A DNA stretch of 64,000 nucleotides. It comes from Escherichia coli (GTDB taxonomy: Bacteria > Pseudomonadota > Gammaproteobacteria > Enterobacterales > Enterobacteriaceae). A model generated the notes under the pieces. That model was not told the DNA's origin. It saw nothing but the letters and a program-made list of their open reading frames with translations, and did no database searches. Positions 10,047-25,777 of the stretch are shown here, one piece after another (position 1 is the stretch's first letter; each line of letters begins with the position of its first letter). The stretch lies in assembly GCF_003334355.1 (NCBI RefSeq), contig NZ_QOWP01000022.1. One strand, written 5' to 3'. A program made the position numbers and the translations under genes.

Positions 10047-11345
10047 TTAACTAAGCGTTTTCTGCCAGACAAAACTTACGCCATTCTCACCTTCAGCCAC
10101 ACCTTCTTGCGTCACAAATACCCCTGCCGCCGCAATCAGCGTTTCGCCATAAAACAGCAGTGGCGTGGTGTCACGTAGCCACGGCGGCACGCCTAACTCT
10201 TGCCAGATTTTCTTCAGCTTACGTCCGCCGTTGCGCCCGACAATATGCAGCAATCCTGCCGCTTTGAAACGCACGCTGACCGCTTCGTCTGCACGCGGAG
10301 GGCGAATATCGCCTCCCGCAGTAAGCTGTACGCTTCCCAGCCCCGCCGGTAATTCCAGCGGTTGTAGCCACGTCTGCCACGGCACAATGGTTTCACTTTG
10401 CCCGGTGACGGATTTAATCCACCACAGTTGCGACTGATATCGGCGGATTTCAAACGCGCCCAAGCGTAAACAGGGGGAGGCATCTTCCCGCGCCAGCGCC
10501 ACTTCCTGCCAGATCCGCACCAGCGCGTCGCGGGAAGGCATTGGTGCATTCTGCCCTGCCAGCCAGCGACGGATAATCGCCGCGCGGCGGGCATCACTCA
10601 TCGCCAGCATTGGCGCAATCTGCAGCGTCCCCTGCGACGTTTGGCAGTGTGCTAAATCATCCGCCAGCAGTTCATCCAACAGACTCTCTTGTTCAGCACA
10701 AAGTGCGGCGCTGCGGGCCGTTGCTTCGGCAAAATGCGGCCAACGCTGCTGCAATAACGGCACTACGCGCAGGCGCAGAAAGTTACGATCGTATGAGTCG
10801 TCCTGATTACTTTCGTCTTCAATCCAGCGTAAACCATGCGCCAATGCCCACTGCGCCAGTTCCCCCCGCGTGCGGGCAAGCAACGGGCGGATAAGCCGTG
10901 TTCCGGCAAACTCCGAAACTTCCGCCATAGCCGAAAGCCCGGCAGGGCCGCTACCGCGTTTTAGCGCCAGCAGAAAGGTTTCACATTGATCGTCGAGATG
11001 TTGCGCGGTGACCAGCACTTCGCCGGGCAATAGGGTACGGGCAAATGCCTGATAACGCGCCTGCCGCGCCTGGGCCTCAATCCCCAGCCCCTCTTGCGCA
11101 AGTTGTACGCATTCGACCACCAGCGGCACCTGCCACTGTTGGCAGACGTTTTCGCAATGCGTAACCCAGGCATCGGCATTGGCACTTAAACCGTGATGCA
11201 CATGAATAGCGCGCAGAGTGACGCCCGGATTTTCCGTCCGCCACTGCACCAACTGATGCAGCAGAACGGTGGAGTCAAGCCCGCCGCTAAAGGCCACCAG
11301 AATCTGGCGTGAGGTGAGAAGTTGTCTATTGAGCGTGAGTGTCAT
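10047..11345 (-). CDS. tilS: tRNA(Ile)-lysidine synthetase
   Basis: ORF track, 432 aa; PP-loop ATPase motif SGGLDS near the N-terminus. Confidence 0.95.
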   Translation of the reverse strand: MTLTLNRQLLTSRQILVAFSGGLDSTVLLHQLVQWRTENPGVTLRAIHVHHGLSANADAWVTHCENVCQQWQVPLVVECVQLAQEGLGIEAQARQARYQAFARTLLPGEVLVTAQHLDDQCETFLLALKRGSGPAGLSAMAEVSEFAGTRLIRPLLARTRGELAQWALAHGLRWIEDESNQDDSYDRNFLRLRVVPLLQQRWPHFAEATARSAALCAEQESLLDELLADDLAHCQTSQGTLQIAPMLAMSDARRAAIIRRWLAGQNAPMPSRDALVRIWQEVALAREDASPCLRLGAFEIRRYQSQLWWIKSVTGQSETIVPWQTWLQPLELPAGLGSVQLTAGGDIRPPRADEAVSVRFKAAGLLHIVGRNGGRKLKKIWQELGVPPWLRDTTPLLFYGETLIAAAGVFVTQEGVAEGENGVSFVWQKTLS

Positions 11346-11409
11346 GATGGTGCGATTTTACAGTAGCAATGCCCGGCACGTTACCGGGCAAATGCGGCGA
11401 TGACAAGCC

Positions 11410-11799
11410 TTACTGCTCATACAGTTCCAACGGCAGCCCGTCCGGATCGTTAAAGAAGGTGAAGCGTTTTTGCGTGTATGGATCGACACGGATGGCTTCA
11501 CACTTCACGTTATGGCTTTCAAGGTGCGCCACTGCCGCATCGATGTCATCAACGCTAAAAGCCAGATGACGCAGGCCGCAAGCTTCCGGTCGGCTGGGGC
11601 GCTCCGGCGGGAACGGAAAAGAGAAAAGCTCAATCACATATTGCCCATTAAGCGCCAAATCCCCTTTCCACGAGTCGCGCGCTTCGCGATAGACTTCGCT
11701 TTGCAGCGTGAAACCAAGAATATCGCAGTAGAAAGCTTTGCTCACCGCATAATCCGTCGCAATAATCGCAATATGGTGAACCTGTTTTAAACTCAGCAT
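11410..11799 (-). CDS. yaeR: VOC (glyoxalase I-like) family protein YaeR
   Basis: ORF track 11410-11826 trimmed to the ATG at 11799 (MLSLKQVHH..., 129 aa) with an upstream AGGAGA RBS. Confidence 0.85.
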   Translation of the reverse strand: MLSLKQVHHIAIIATDYAVSKAFYCDILGFTLQSEVYREARDSWKGDLALNGQYVIELFSFPFPPERPSRPEACGLRHLAFSVDDIDAAVAHLESHNVKCEAIRVDPYTQKRFTFFNDPDGLPLELYEQ

Positions 11800-11855
11800 A
11801 ACGTCTCCTTTATTTGTTAACAGCACGTTACTCGCCCGGAAGCCGCTCTGGCAAG

Positions 11856-13997
11856 TTATCCCGCCATTTTTAGGACTCGTACGCGGTAAACGCCGTCTTC
11901 GTCCTGTTTCGCGCCGTGAATATCCGTTTCAAAACCGGGGTAATGTTGCCCTACGGAACAAAGCATCAGTAGAAAATCGAGTACCGTGCGGCTCTCTTTG
12001 GTCAGCATTTCTCCTGGCATCAACAGCGGTACGCCCGGTGGATAAGGCAGGATCATATTTGCCGATACTCTACCGACCAGTTGTTCCAGCGCAATGGTTT
12101 CTACTTCACCTTTAATCTGTCTCTGCCATGCCTGATGTGGCGTCATGATCATTTCCGGCAAAGTATCGAATGCCCGCAACATCAAACCGGGAAGATCGTG
12201 TTTACGAATCAGCTTATGGATCCCTTGCGCCAGATCCTGGATACGCATATTGCGGTAGAAATCGGGATCTTCAGCATAGAGATCGGGTAGCATATTTTTG
12301 ATCCGCAGGTTGAGATCGTAAGAGCGTTTAAATTCCGTCAACCCACGCAATAATCCCATTGCTTTGGTTTTATCGATACCAATACTAAAGAGAAACAGCA
12401 GGTTATAAGGGCCGGTTTTCTCTACTACGATCCCACGTTCGTCGAGGAATTTTGCCACCAGCGCCGCCGGGATCCCCTCCTCGCTCATATTGCCCTGTTC
12501 GTCCATCCCCGGTGTCAAAATAGTGACTTTAACCGGATCGAGAAACATATGATCGGCATCCGCATCGTTAAAGCCGTGCCACTGTTCGCCAGGCGCAACG
12601 GGCCAGCATTCGGCTTCATCCACCTGCGGCGGTTGCCAGATATCGAAAAACCAACCGTCAGACTCTTCCCGCAACCGCTGGACCTCTTTGCGAAAATGCA
12701 GCGCCCGCTCCACCGAACGGTTAATCAGCCGTTTGCCCGGATTACCACGCAGCATCGCCGCCGCCGTCTCAACCGAAGCAACAATGGGATAACTGGGCGA
12801 GGTGGTGGTATGCATCATAAAGGCTTCGTTAAACGCCTCTTCGTCATACTCGCCTTTAATGTGGATCAGCGAAGCCTGCGATAACGCCGCCAGCATTTTG
12901 TGGGTCGATTGCGTTTCGAAGATCACTTTTCCCGCAACACGCTCGCCGCTCATACCACTTTTCCCCTGGTAGATCGGATGAAAATGGGTGTACGGCACCC
13001 AGGCGGAATCGAAGTGGATCGACGGGACATCCAGCGTCTGTTTGATCCAGTCGGTGTTGTAGAGCAAGCCATCATAGGTGGAGTTGGTAATCACCGCATG
13101 AACCGGCCATTGTGCCTGCGTGGTGGCAGCGACTTTCTCTTCGATGCTGTCGCGAGTAAATTCACGGCGCGGGATCCCACCAAGAATCCCCAACGCATTA
13201 CGCGTCGGTTTCAGCCAGACTGGCACTACATCGTTCATCATCAACAGATGCGCCAGCGATTTATGACAATTGCGGTCGATCAACAGCGTACTGCCGGATG
13301 GCGCGGCGTACATACCCACAATTTTGTTCGACGTCGATGTTCCGTTGGTAACGATATAACTCTGTTCCGCGCCAAAAGTCCGCGCGATGTACTCTTCCGC
13401 TTCCAGGTGTGGCCCGGTGTGGTCGAGCAACGAACCAAGCTCGGTAACCGAAATAGAGACATCAGCCTTGAGGGTATTCCCGCCGAAAAAATCATAAAAC
13501 AGACAGCCAACCGGGCTTTTTTGATAGGCGGTACCGCCCATATGCCCCGGCGTACAAAAGGTGTACTTCCGCTCTTTGACGTAGGTAAACAAGGCTTTCG
13601 TGAACGGCGGTGTAATGTTATCAAGATATTCGTCGGTGTACTGACGCATACGAATGGCGATATCTTCCGCCTGCCCCAGCGCATATTCAAAAAACCAGAG
13701 CGCCATCCGCATATCCTGCACGCTGACATCCATCGTCGAGTGGGTGTTGATGAAGGCATAAAGCGGGAGATATTCATTAAGCTGATTGATATCGCTACAT
13801 AAATCGAGACTGTACTCATCCCAGTCAAAAATCACGCCGCAAATTCGAGGGTTATGTTCGATAAATTTCAGCAAATCAACGCTGTTTTGTGGCCAGATAA
13901 TCTGAAAGCCTTGCGCCACCAGCGCCGACTCCAGTTCTTTGATGGGCTCATCTTTATAAAAGACGCCATGCGGTCCCATAATGGCAATGATGTTCAT
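11856..13997 (-). CDS. ldcC: Constitutive lysine decarboxylase (PLP-dependent)
   Basis: ORF track, 713 aa; PLP-lysine motif STHKML; recognised as LdcC rather than inducible CadA from its position next to accA. Confidence 0.93.
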   Translation of the reverse strand: MNIIAIMGPHGVFYKDEPIKELESALVAQGFQIIWPQNSVDLLKFIEHNPRICGVIFDWDEYSLDLCSDINQLNEYLPLYAFINTHSTMDVSVQDMRMALWFFEYALGQAEDIAIRMRQYTDEYLDNITPPFTKALFTYVKERKYTFCTPGHMGGTAYQKSPVGCLFYDFFGGNTLKADVSISVTELGSLLDHTGPHLEAEEYIARTFGAEQSYIVTNGTSTSNKIVGMYAAPSGSTLLIDRNCHKSLAHLLMMNDVVPVWLKPTRNALGILGGIPRREFTRDSIEEKVAATTQAQWPVHAVITNSTYDGLLYNTDWIKQTLDVPSIHFDSAWVPYTHFHPIYQGKSGMSGERVAGKVIFETQSTHKMLAALSQASLIHIKGEYDEEAFNEAFMMHTTTSPSYPIVASVETAAAMLRGNPGKRLINRSVERALHFRKEVQRLREESDGWFFDIWQPPQVDEAECWPVAPGEQWHGFNDADADHMFLDPVKVTILTPGMDEQGNMSEEGIPAALVAKFLDERGIVVEKTGPYNLLFLFSIGIDKTKAMGLLRGLTEFKRSYDLNLRIKNMLPDLYAEDPDFYRNMRIQDLAQGIHKLIRKHDLPGLMLRAFDTLPEMIMTPHQAWQRQIKGEVETIALEQLVGRVSANMILPYPPGVPLLMPGEMLTKESRTVLDFLLMLCSVGQHYPGFETDIHGAKQDEDGVYRVRVLKMAG

Positions 13998-14051
13998 GTG
14001 TTCCTCCTGGAAAATCCTTCCTTAATCATAGCCTGCTCAAACCGTGGCGAT

Positions 14052-14080
14052 AAAAAAGGGCCACCGAAGTGACCCTTTTT
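14052..14080 (-). terminator. Intrinsic terminator downstream of accA (hairpin flanked by A and T runs)
   Basis: Seen in sequence: AAAAAAGGGCCACCGAAGTGACCCTTTTT. Confidence 0.65.
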
Positions 14081-14095
14081 CAGAACTTTTGCGAA

Positions 14096-15055
14096 TTACG
14101 CGTAACCGTAGCTCATCAGGCGCTGATAACGACGATTTTTTAAATCTTCAGTGCTTAACACGTCGAGATCGGCCAGATCCGCCAACAGTTGCGCTTTCAA
14201 CGATGCCGCCATCGCTTCCGGGTTACGGTGAGCACCACCCAGCGGTTCCGGGATGATGGAGTCGATCAGTTTTAGTTCTTTCAGACGCGGAGCGATGATA
14301 CCCATCGCTTCAGCCGCCAGCGGCGCTTTATCAGCGCTCTTCCACAGAATGGACGCACAACCTTCCGGCGAGATAACGGAATAGGTGCTGTATTGCAGCA
14401 TATTCACTTTATCGCCCACGCCAATCGCCAGCGCGCCGCCAGAACCACCTTCACCGATAACGGTACAAATAGTCGGTACGCTAAGGCGAGACATTTCACG
14501 CAGGTTGCGTGCAATGGCTTCAGACTGACCGCGCTCTTCTGCGCCCACGCCCGGATAAGCCCCCGGGGTGTCGATAAAGGTGATGATTGGCATCTTAAAG
14601 CGTTCAGCCATTTGCATCAGACGCAGTGCTTTGCGGTAACCTTCTGGCGCTGGCATACCAAAGTTACGGCGAATTTTTTCTTTGGTTTCACGACCTTTTT
14701 GATGACCAATGATCATCACCGGACGACCATCGAGACGGGCGATACCACCGACGATAGCTTTATCGTCTGCATACGCGCGGTCGCCAGCCAGTTCGTCAAA
14801 TTCATCAAATGCCAGGCGAACGTAATCCAGGGTATAAGGACGCTGTGGATGGCGTGCCAGTTGCGCAATCTGCCATGCACCGAGATCGGCGAAGATTTTA
14901 CGTGTCAGTTCTACGCTTTTTTCACGCAGACGATGCACTTCTTCATCGATGTTAATATCCAGTTTCTCATCCTGACGGCTAACCGCAGTCAGAGAATCGA
15001 TTTTCGCTTCCAGCTCTGCAATCGGCTGTTCAAAATCAAGGAAATTCAGACTCAT
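14096..15055 (-). CDS. accA: Acetyl-CoA carboxylase carboxyltransferase alpha subunit
   Basis: ORF track, 319 aa. Confidence 0.96.
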
Positions 15056-15067
15056 AGTATTCCTGTA

Positions 15068-18000
15068 TTAGTCAAACTCCAGTTCCACCTGCTCCGAACC
15101 AATGAGGCCACGGAGATCGTTTAATAAACGATCGCTCGGAGAGACACGCCACGTCGCGCCAAAACGCAACCGCGCGCGTGCATCCGCCCTCTGATAGTAG
15201 AGATGTACTGGAATTGTCCCAGAGCGGTGGGGTTCCAGAGACTGACGGAGTCGGTTTAAAAGCTGGTCATCAATTTGCCTGTCCGTCAGCGAGATAGCAA
15301 GCCCGCGAGCATATTTTTCCCGGGCTTCGTCAATATCCATCACTTCGCGAGCGGTCATTTTAAGCCCACCGCTGAAGTCATCAAAGCTGACCTGTCCGCT
15401 GACGATAAGTATGCGGTCTTTTTCCAGCAATTGCTGGTATTTATCCAGGGCGTCAGTAAACAACATCACTTCCAGCCGCCCGGAACGGTCATCCAGCGTG
15501 CAGATACCGATACGATTGCCGCGCTTGGTGACCATAACCCGCGCGGCAACAACGAGCCCCGCAGCCGTGATGACTTTACCACGTTCTGTCGGGTGCATGT
15601 CTTTCAGCCTTACGCCTCCGACATAACGCTCAATCTCTTTTAAATACTGGTTGATAGGGTGTCCGGTCAGGTACAGGCCTAACGTTTCACGTTCCCCATC
15701 TAATACCACCTGCTCCGGCCACGGTTGGCAGCTGGCGTAGGATTGTTCAATTTGTTCCGGCTCTTCGGCCAGCACGCCGAACATATCGGCCTGACCGATA
15801 GCTTCCGCTTTCGCGTGTTGATCTGCCGCTTTTAACGCATCGCCCAGCGAGTTCATCAGCGCTGCGCGATGTGGCCCAAGACGGTCAAACGCCCCGGACA
15901 TGATCAGTTTTTCCAGCACGCGACGGTTCAACTTTTTGGTGTCGGTACGGGCGCAGAGATCAAACAGTTCGCGGAAGTAGCCGCCTTTATTACGGGCTTC
16001 GATGATGGCCTCAATCGGACCTTCACCGACCCCTTTGATCGCGCCAATACCATACACGATTTCGCCGTCGTCGTTGACGTGGAAATGGTAAAGACCGGAG
16101 TTTATATCTGGTGGCAGGATTTTCAGCCCCATCCGCCAGCACTCATCCACCAGACCCACCACCTTCTCGGTGTTGTCCATATCGGCGGTCATTACCGCCG
16201 CCATAAACTCCGCAGGATAGTGCGCTTTCAGCCATAACGTTTGATATGACACCAAAGCATAGGCCGCAGAGTGCGATTTGTTAAATCCGTAACCAGCGAA
16301 TTTCTCCACCAGGTCGAAGATTTTCATCGCCAGTTCAGCGTTGATTCCGTTCTTTTCTGCACCTTCAGCAAATACAGAACGTTGCTTAGCCATCTCTTCC
16401 GGCTTTTTCTTACCCATCGCACGACGCAGCATATCCGCGCCACCGAGGGTATAACCAGAAAGCACCTGCGCAATCTGCATGACCTGTTCCTGATACAGGA
16501 TAATGCCGTAGGTTGGCTCCAGTACCGGTTTCAGGCTTTCATGCTGCCACTGTACGTCCGGATAGGAGATCTCTTCACGACCATGTTTACGGTCGATAAA
16601 GTTATCCACCATCCCTGATTGCAACGGACCGGGGCGGAACAGTGCCACTAGGGCGATCATATCTTCGAAGCAGTCAGGTTGTAGACGCTTGATCAGGTCC
16701 TTCATGCCGCGCGATTCAAGCTGGAATACCGCCGTGGTTTCCGAGCGTTGCAGCATGTCGAAGCTTTTCTTATCATCCAGCGGGATCGCAGCGATATCCA
16801 GCGGCGGCTCGCCATTCTTCGCCCGCCGCTTGTTGATCATCTCCAGCGCCCAGTTGATGATGGTGAGCGTACGCAAACCAAGGAAGTCGAACTTCACCAG
16901 TCCGGCGTATTCAACGTCGCTTTTATCAAACTGGGTGACCGGATGTTTGCCCTCTTCATCGCAGTAAAGCGGCGCAAAATCGGTAATTTTGGTCGGCGCG
17001 ATAACCACCCCACCGGCGTGCTTACCGGCGTTACGGGTGACCCCTTCCAGTTTGCGCGCCATGTCGATCAGCGCCTTAACTTCTTCATCCGCTTCGTAGA
17101 TTTCCGGCAGCTGCGGCTCGGCTTCAAACGCTTTCGCCAGCGTCATCCCCGGATCGGGCGGGATCAGTTTCGAGATACGATCGACAAAGCCGTACGGATG
17201 CCCCAGCACGCGGCCTACGTCGCGGATCACCGCTTTCGCCGCCATTGTACCGAAGGTGATGATCTGCGATACCGCATCACGACCGTACATGTCCGCTACG
17301 TGCTCGATAACCTGATCGCGTTTCTCCATACAGAAGTCAACGTCGAAGTCAGGCATGGAGACACGTTCCGGGTTAAGGAAACGTTCGAACAGCAGGTCAA
17401 ATTCCAGCGGATCGAGGTCGGTGATTTTCAGCGCGTAGGCCACCAGTGAACCCGCACCGGAGCCACGGCCTGGCCCTACCGGTACGCCGTTATCTTTCGA
17501 CCACTGGATAAATTCCATAACGATGAGGAAGTAGCCCGGGAAGCCCATCTGGTTGATAACCTGAAGTTCAGTCTCCAGACGTTCGTCATATTCCGGGCGG
17601 CGCTTAAGACGTTCTTCCTCATCAGGGAATAAAAAGGCCAGACGCTCTTCCAGGCCCTCTTTTGCACGCTTGACCAGATAATCTTCGGTGCTCATGTCCC
17701 CGGTCGGGAACTGCGGCAGGAAGTATTCACCAAGACGCACGGTTACGTTACAGCGTTTGGCGATCTCAACGGTGTTGGCAAGGGCTTCGGGGATGTCGGC
17801 AAACAGCTCACACATCTCCTCTTCGCTACGCATATATTGCTGCGGCGAATAGTTACGCGGGCGTTTAGGATCGTCGAGGGTAAAGCCGTCGTGGATCGCG
17901 ACGCGGATTTCGTGTGCGTCAAAGTCGCTGCTGTCGATAAAGCGCACGTCGTTGGTCGCCACGACGGGCAAACCGCGCGCTTCCGCCAGTTCCACCGCCG

Positions 18001-18550
18001 CGTGCAGATAGCTTTCTTCATCCGGCCTGCCGGTGCGGATCAGCTCGAGAAAATAGCGATCCGGGAAGTGTTCTTCATAAAACGCGACACACTCATCTAC
18101 CAGCGCGCTGTTACCACGCAAAAGACTGCGTCCGACGTCGCCCATGCGTCCGCCGGAAAGAAGGATCAACCCTTCGTTTAATTCGATAAGCCAGTCGCGA
18201 TCGATGATCGGCCCGGCGGCACCGTACCCGCGCTGATACGCTTTTGAGATCAGCAACGTCAGATTCTGATAGCCGGTATTGTTCGCCGCCAGTACCGTCA
18301 GGTGGGTTAACTCATCACCCAGCAGGTCGCACTGGACGTTAAAATCTGCCCCGACGATAGGCTTAATCCCTGCGCCATGTCCCGCTCCGTAGAACTTCAC
18401 CAGACCACAAAGGTTGGTGAAATCGGTGATCGCCAGTGCTGGCATACCCAACGCCGCCGCCTTTTTTACCAACGGTGCGGTTTTGGCCAGGCCATCGATC
18501 ATCGAGTAGTCGCTGTGCACCCGCAGGTGTACGAAACGTGGTTCAGACAT
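15068..18550 (-). CDS. dnaE: DNA polymerase III alpha subunit
   Basis: ORF track, 1160 aa; N-terminal PHP domain ([11 protein letters not shown]). Confidence 0.97.
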   Translation of the reverse strand: MSEPRFVHLRVHSDYSMIDGLAKTAPLVKKAAALGMPALAITDFTNLCGLVKFYGAGHGAGIKPIVGADFNVQCDLLGDELTHLTVLAANNTGYQNLTLLISKAYQRGYGAAGPIIDRDWLIELNEGLILLSGGRMGDVGRSLLRGNSALVDECVAFYEEHFPDRYFLELIRTGRPDEESYLHAAVELAEARGLPVVATNDVRFIDSSDFDAHEIRVAIHDGFTLDDPKRPRNYSPQQYMRSEEEMCELFADIPEALANTVEIAKRCNVTVRLGEYFLPQFPTGDMSTEDYLVKRAKEGLEERLAFLFPDEEERLKRRPEYDERLETELQVINQMGFPGYFLIVMEFIQWSKDNGVPVGPGRGSGAGSLVAYALKITDLDPLEFDLLFERFLNPERVSMPDFDVDFCMEKRDQVIEHVADMYGRDAVSQIITFGTMAAKAVIRDVGRVLGHPYGFVDRISKLIPPDPGMTLAKAFEAEPQLPEIYEADEEVKALIDMARKLEGVTRNAGKHAGGVVIAPTKITDFAPLYCDEEGKHPVTQFDKSDVEYAGLVKFDFLGLRTLTIINWALEMINKRRAKNGEPPLDIAAIPLDDKKSFDMLQRSETTAVFQLESRGMKDLIKRLQPDCFEDMIALVALFRPGPLQSGMVDNFIDRKHGREEISYPDVQWQHESLKPVLEPTYGIILYQEQVMQIAQVLSGYTLGGADMLRRAMGKKKPEEMAKQRSVFAEGAEKNGINAELAMKIFDLVEKFAGYGFNKSHSAAYALVSYQTLWLKAHYPAEFMAAVMTADMDNTEKVVGLVDECWRMGLKILPPDINSGLYHFHVNDDGEIVYGIGAIKGVGEGPIEAIIEARNKGGYFRELFDLCARTDTKKLNRRVLEKLIMSGAFDRLGPHRAALMNSLGDALKAADQHAKAEAIGQADMFGVLAEEPEQIEQSYASCQPWPEQVVLDGERETLGLYLTGHPINQYLKEIERYVGGVRLKDMHPTERGKVITAAGLVVAARVMVTKRGNRIGICTLDDRSGRLEVMLFTDALDKYQQLLEKDRILIVSGQVSFDDFSGGLKMTAREVMDIDEAREKYARGLAISLTDRQIDDQLLNRLRQSLEPHRSGTIPVHLYYQRADARARLRFGATWRVSPSDRLLNDLRGLIGSEQVELEFD

Positions 18551-18586
18551 CTTCAGATTCCGGTTTACTTAATCTCGACACAAGAA

Positions 18587-19183
18587 TCAGGACGCAAGTC
18601 CCAGTGCGCGTTTGACAGGCCCAAAGCTGCGCCGATGGTGTTCGGTCGCGCCGTGTTCAGCCAGTTTTTCCAGATGAAAAGCGGTTGGGTACCCTTTGTG
18701 TTGGGCAAAACCATATTGCGGGAAAACAATATCCAGCGCCGCCATTTCGGCGTCACGCGTCACTTTCGCCAGGATAGACGCGGCACTGATTTCCGGTACG
18801 CGGCTATCGCCTTTCACCACAGCCATCGCAGGCATCGGTAATTTCGGGCAGCGGTTACCATCAATCAACACATATTCCGGCGCAATATGCAGCCCAGCGA
18901 CGGCACGCTGCATCGCCAGCATGGTCGCATGAAGAATGTTCAGCTCGTCGATTTCGTGGGGTTCCGCGCGGCCCAGACTCCAGCTCAACGCTTTCTCTTT
19001 GATCTCTTCATAGAGCGCCAGACGGCGTTTTTCGCTCAGCTTTTTGGAATCATTCAGCCCGGCAATCGGGCGCGCCGGGTCAAGGATCACCGCAGCGGTG
19101 ACGACCGCGCCAACTAACGGCCCGCGTCCGACTTCATCCACACCCGCAACCAGCTGCGTGTGCGGATAAACAAATTCGATCAT
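18587..19183 (-). CDS. rnhB: Ribonuclease HII
   Basis: ORF track, 198 aa; DEVGRG active-site motif. Confidence 0.96.
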
Positions 19184-20328
19184 TGTGCTAACTCCAGAAC
19201 GGCTTGTGCCGCCTGCTCATCGGCATTGCAGCGGATCTGCTGATGCAGTTCACGGAAGGTATCGTGCATCGCGTGGCTGGTTTTCCCGTTCGCCAACAGC
19301 GGTAACAGCGCCGCAGCCAGTTTTTGCGGCTCACACTCTTCCTGCAATAATTCTTTGACTAACTCTCTGCCCGCCAGCAGATTTGGCAGCGAGACATAAT
19401 CAGTTTTCACCAGCCGCTTCGCCAACCAGAAGGTAAAAGGCTTCATGCGATATCCCACCACCATCGGGCATTTCGCCAGCATACACTCCAGGGCTGCCGT
19501 ACCCGACGCCAGTAGCGCCGCATCGCTGGCGACCATCGCCTCACGGCCCATCCCATCCAGCAAATGAACTGAAAGGTCTGGCGCGACTTCAGCTTTGATG
19601 CGTTCAAACTGCTCGCGGCGTTTGGCATTCACCAGTGGCACCACGATTTCGAGATCCGGATATGTCTGGCGCAAAAGCTGGGCCGTTTTCAGGAAATCGG
19701 CACTAAGCATTTCAACTTCTGCACCACGGCTCCCCGGTAGCAACGCCAGGCAGTGGGCATCGTGAGGGATCCCCAGCACATCACGGGCGGCATTTTTATC
19801 TGGATCTAATGGCATGGCATCAGCCATGGTATGACCGATAAAGCGGCACGGTACGTTGTATTTGTCATAAAACGCTTTTTCGAAAGGCAGAAATGCGAGC
19901 ACCAGATCGGTGGCTCTGCCTATTTTGAAAACACGTTTCTGTCGCCACGCCCAGACTGACGGACTGACGTAATGAATGGTTTTGATACCCTGCTTTTTGA
20001 GGTTACCTTCAAGAGTAATATTGAAGTCAGGCGCATCAATACCAACAAAAACATCTGGCTTCAGTTCGCCAAAACGCTTTGTCAGATCGGCACGAATATG
20101 CAGTAAGCGACGCAGACGACCGAGCACTTCAACAATGCCCATCACCGCCAGTTCTTCCATTTCGTACCAGGCTTCGCAGCCTTCAGCCTGCATTCGTGGC
20201 CCGGCAACACCAACAAAGCGGGCGTTGGGCACATGTTCTTTCAGAGCGCGGATTAAACCGGCCCCCAGGATATCGCCGGAGGTTTCTCCGGCGACCAGGG
20301 CAATCGTTAATGGACGCTGTTCAGTCAT
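19180..20328 (-). CDS. lpxB: Lipid-A-disaccharide synthase
   Basis: ORF track, 382 aa; overlaps rnhB by 4 nt. Confidence 0.96.
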
Positions 20329-21116
20329 TAACGAATCAGACCGCGCGTTGAGCGTGCAAAGAAATCGGTAAAGGCTTTCACTTCCGGATATGTTTCCGCC
20401 AGTTCAGCAATTTCCGGTTTCACTTCATCGAGCGTTTTACCGCTACGATAAATCAGCTTATACGCATTGCGGATAGCGGTAATCGCCTCACGGCTGAATC
20501 CGCGGCGCTTCAGCCCTTCGATATTGACACCGAACGGCGTTGCGTGGTTACCCTGCGCAATGACATAAGGAGGGACGTCCTGCGCCACACCGGAGCAGCC
20601 GCCAACCATCACGTGCGCACCAATGATGCAGAACTGATGGACTGCGGTCATGCCGCCGATGATCGCGAAGTCGTCAACCGATACGTGACCCGCCAGCGTT
20701 GCGTTGTTGGCGAGAATACAGCGGTTACCTACCGTACAATCGTGCGCAATGTGCGCGTTGATCATCAGTAAGTTGTCGCTGCCCACCTTCGTCAATCCAC
20801 CGCCCTGGACTGTGCCACGATGAATGGTGACGCTTTCGCGAATGCGGTTACGATCGCCGATTTCCACACGGGTCGGTTCGCCAGCATATTTCAGATCCTG
20901 GTTAACTTCGCCGATGGAGGCGAACTGATAAATCTCATTATCGCGGCCAATTTTAGTATGACCATTCACGACAACGTGAGATTTCAGTACGGTACCCTCA
21001 CCAATTTCGACATGGGGTCCAACGATACAAAAAGGACCAATGTGTGCGTTCGCGCCAATTGACGCGCCCTCTTCCACAATGGCGGTTGGATGCACAAAGG
21101 CGGATTTATCAATCAC
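20328..21116 (-). CDS. lpxA: UDP-N-acetylglucosamine acyltransferase (hexapeptide repeat)
   Basis: ORF track, 262 aa; left-handed beta-helix hexapeptide repeats. Confidence 0.96.
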
Positions 21117-21119
21117 GTA

Positions 21120-21575
21120 TCAGGCCTCCCGGCTACGAGCACACATCATCGTTGCTTCGCAAACTACTTTACCATCGACCAGAGCAACCCCTTTAAAACG
21201 GGTCAGGCCGCGGCGCGTTTTTTCGAAAGTGACTTCCATGATCATTTGATCGCCAGGCACGACCGGGCGCTTGAAGCGCGCTTCGTCAATACCAGCGAAG
21301 TAGTACAGCTCACCCGGTTCCAGTTTTCCTACGCTTTTAAACGCCAGAATACCTGTTGCCTGTGCCATTGCTTCCAGAATCAGCACACCCGGGAAAATCG
21401 GTTTTCCAGGGAAATGGCCCTGGAAGAATGGCTCATTGACAGAGACATTTTTTACTGCGCGCAGAAAACGACCTTCTTCAAAATCCAGCACGCGATCCAC
21501 CAGTAAGAACGGGAAACGGTGCGGCAGAAGTTCTAAAATCTCTTCAATCTGCAGAGTATGAGTGTTAGTAGTCAA
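21120..21575 (-). CDS. fabZ: 3-hydroxyacyl-ACP dehydratase FabZ
   Basis: ORF track 21120-21668 trimmed to the TTG start giving the 151-aa product (M)[13 protein letters not shown]...; hot-dog fold motif. Start coordinate approximate (plus or minus 1-3 nt). Confidence 0.85.
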
Positions 21576-21679
21576 GATACTCTTCCTGTCAAAATATAAG
21601 AAACGACAATAATAACACGGCCTGCCGCAATCGTAAGAATGAGACAGGCCGTAAAGTTTGGCGAACAAAAGATGGAACG

Positions 21680-22705
21680 TTAGTCTTGTTGATTAACCTT
21701 GCGCTCAAGCGATTTCAGACGCTTGCTCATGTCATCAATGTTCATCACCAGTGCAGCGGTTTTGCGCCAGACTTTGTTGGGTTGCAGCGGAATGCCTGAG
21801 GAATAGACGCCTGGTTCAGTGATGGGACGCATCACCATACCCATGCCCGTAACCGTCACTTTGTCGCATATTTCCATATGCCCGTTGATTACGCTGGCTC
21901 CGCCGATCATGCAGTAACGACCAATTTTCAGGCTGCCCGCCATAATGACGCCACCGGCAACCGCCGTATTGTCGCCAATCACGACGTTATGTGCAATCTG
22001 GCACTGGTTATCAATGATCACGCCATTGCCAATAATAGTGTCATCCAGCGCGCCGCGATCGATGGTTGTGCAGGCACCGATCTCCACGCGATCGCCAATA
22101 ATTACGCGACCAATCTGTGGGATCTTCACCCAGTTACCACGATCGTTGGCATAACCAAAGCCGTCTGCGCCTACCACTGTTCCGGACTGGATCAGGCAAT
22201 TCTGACCGATCTGGATCTCATGGTAAATGGTTACGTTCGCCCAGAGACGCGAACCTGCACCGATTTTGCTGTTTTTACCTACGAAGCAACCGGCACCGAT
22301 AATCACGTTATCGCCCAGTTCAACGCCGGACTCAATCACCGCGTTAGCGCCAATCGATACGTTGTTACCCAGCTTCGCCGTCGCGTCGATCACCGCACTG
22401 GGTGCAATGTTCTGCGCGGGCTGCGGCGTGGTATCTAAAATTTGCGCCATGCGCGCGTAAGTCAGGTAGGGATTCTTCACTACCAGTGCGGCACTTTTCG
22501 CGAAAGGAAGATCGTCCTGGGTCATGACAACCGCGGACGCCTGGCACAAGCCTAAATGCTCACGGTATTTTGGGTTAACCATGAACGTAATGTGACCTGT
22601 TTGTGCAGATTGCATGGACGCAACGCCGGTGATGACGATATCGCCATCACCGTGTAGTTCTGCATCCAACTGCTGCGCTAAATCAGCCAGTCGAATTGAA
22701 GGCAT
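21680..22705 (-). CDS. lpxD: UDP-3-O-(3-hydroxymyristoyl)glucosamine N-acyltransferase
   Basis: ORF track, 341 aa; hexapeptide repeats. Confidence 0.96.
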
Positions 22706-22708
22706 TAC

Positions 22709-23194
22709 TTATTTAACCTGTTTCAGTACGTCGGCAGTGATGTCTTTTACATCGCTGCTGTTGTAAGCAACGGCGTTTGCATCAACAACCAGATCGATAT
22801 CCTGGCTGTTGGCAACGGATTTCACAGCAGTCTGGATACGAGTAACCAGTTTGCCGCGTTCTTCGTTGGAACGACGTGCGCGATCCTGCTCAAAAGCCTG
22901 CGCTTTCTGAGCAAAAGTCTGGCGCTGAGCCATCACGTCTTTTTCCAGCTTAGTGCGATCGCTGCCCGCTTTCATGGACTGCAGCTTTTTCATTTTAGCC
23001 TGCAGATCGGTTTCCATACGCTGCAGTTCGCTGGCACGGCCTTTGAACTCATTTTCCAGCGTGTTAGAAACACCGGTTTTCTGCGCTACCTGCTGGAACA
23101 GGCTGCCCATGTTGACGATTGCAATTTTGTCAGCCGCCTGAGCAGAAGTTGCCAGTGCTAAACCGAGACCTGCAGCTAATAACCACTTTTTCAC
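22709..23194 (-). CDS. skp: Periplasmic chaperone Skp (OmpH)
   Basis: ORF track, 161 aa; signal peptide, coiled-coil-rich sequence. Confidence 0.96.
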   Translation of the reverse strand: MKKWLLAAGLGLALATSAQAADKIAIVNMGSLFQQVAQKTGVSNTLENEFKGRASELQRMETDLQAKMKKLQSMKAGSDRTKLEKDVMAQRQTFAQKAQAFEQDRARRSNEERGKLVTRIQTAVKSVANSQDIDLVVDANAVAYNSSDVKDITADVLKQVK

Positions 23195-23315
23195 AATAAA
23201 CTCCTTACCATCCCATTTGCACCGGAGGGTGCAGTTCTTTGCGTGGCCCGGCGATCTTATATTGATCGCCTAAAGTCATCGCTACACTACCACTACATTC
23301 CTTTGTGGAGAACAC

Positions 23316-25766
<2,451 letters not shown>

Positions 25767-25777
25767 CTAACTAACTC

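Noticed and set aside
11346-11409. Hairpin GCCCGGCACGTTACCGGGC between tilS and yaeR as an intrinsic terminator
   Set aside because: No downstream U-rich tract on the minus strand; too weak to call.
12900-13802. 300-aa plus-strand ORF inside ldcC; similar long antisense ORFs at 5041-5832 (in proS), 14393-15124 (in accA), 16748-17449 (in dnaE), 21878-22438 (in lpxD), 54258-55100 (in fhuA) and 58137-58739 (in mrcB)
   Set aside because: All lie entirely within, and antisense to, well-supported conserved genes, and have no recognisable domains, RBS context or plausible starts.
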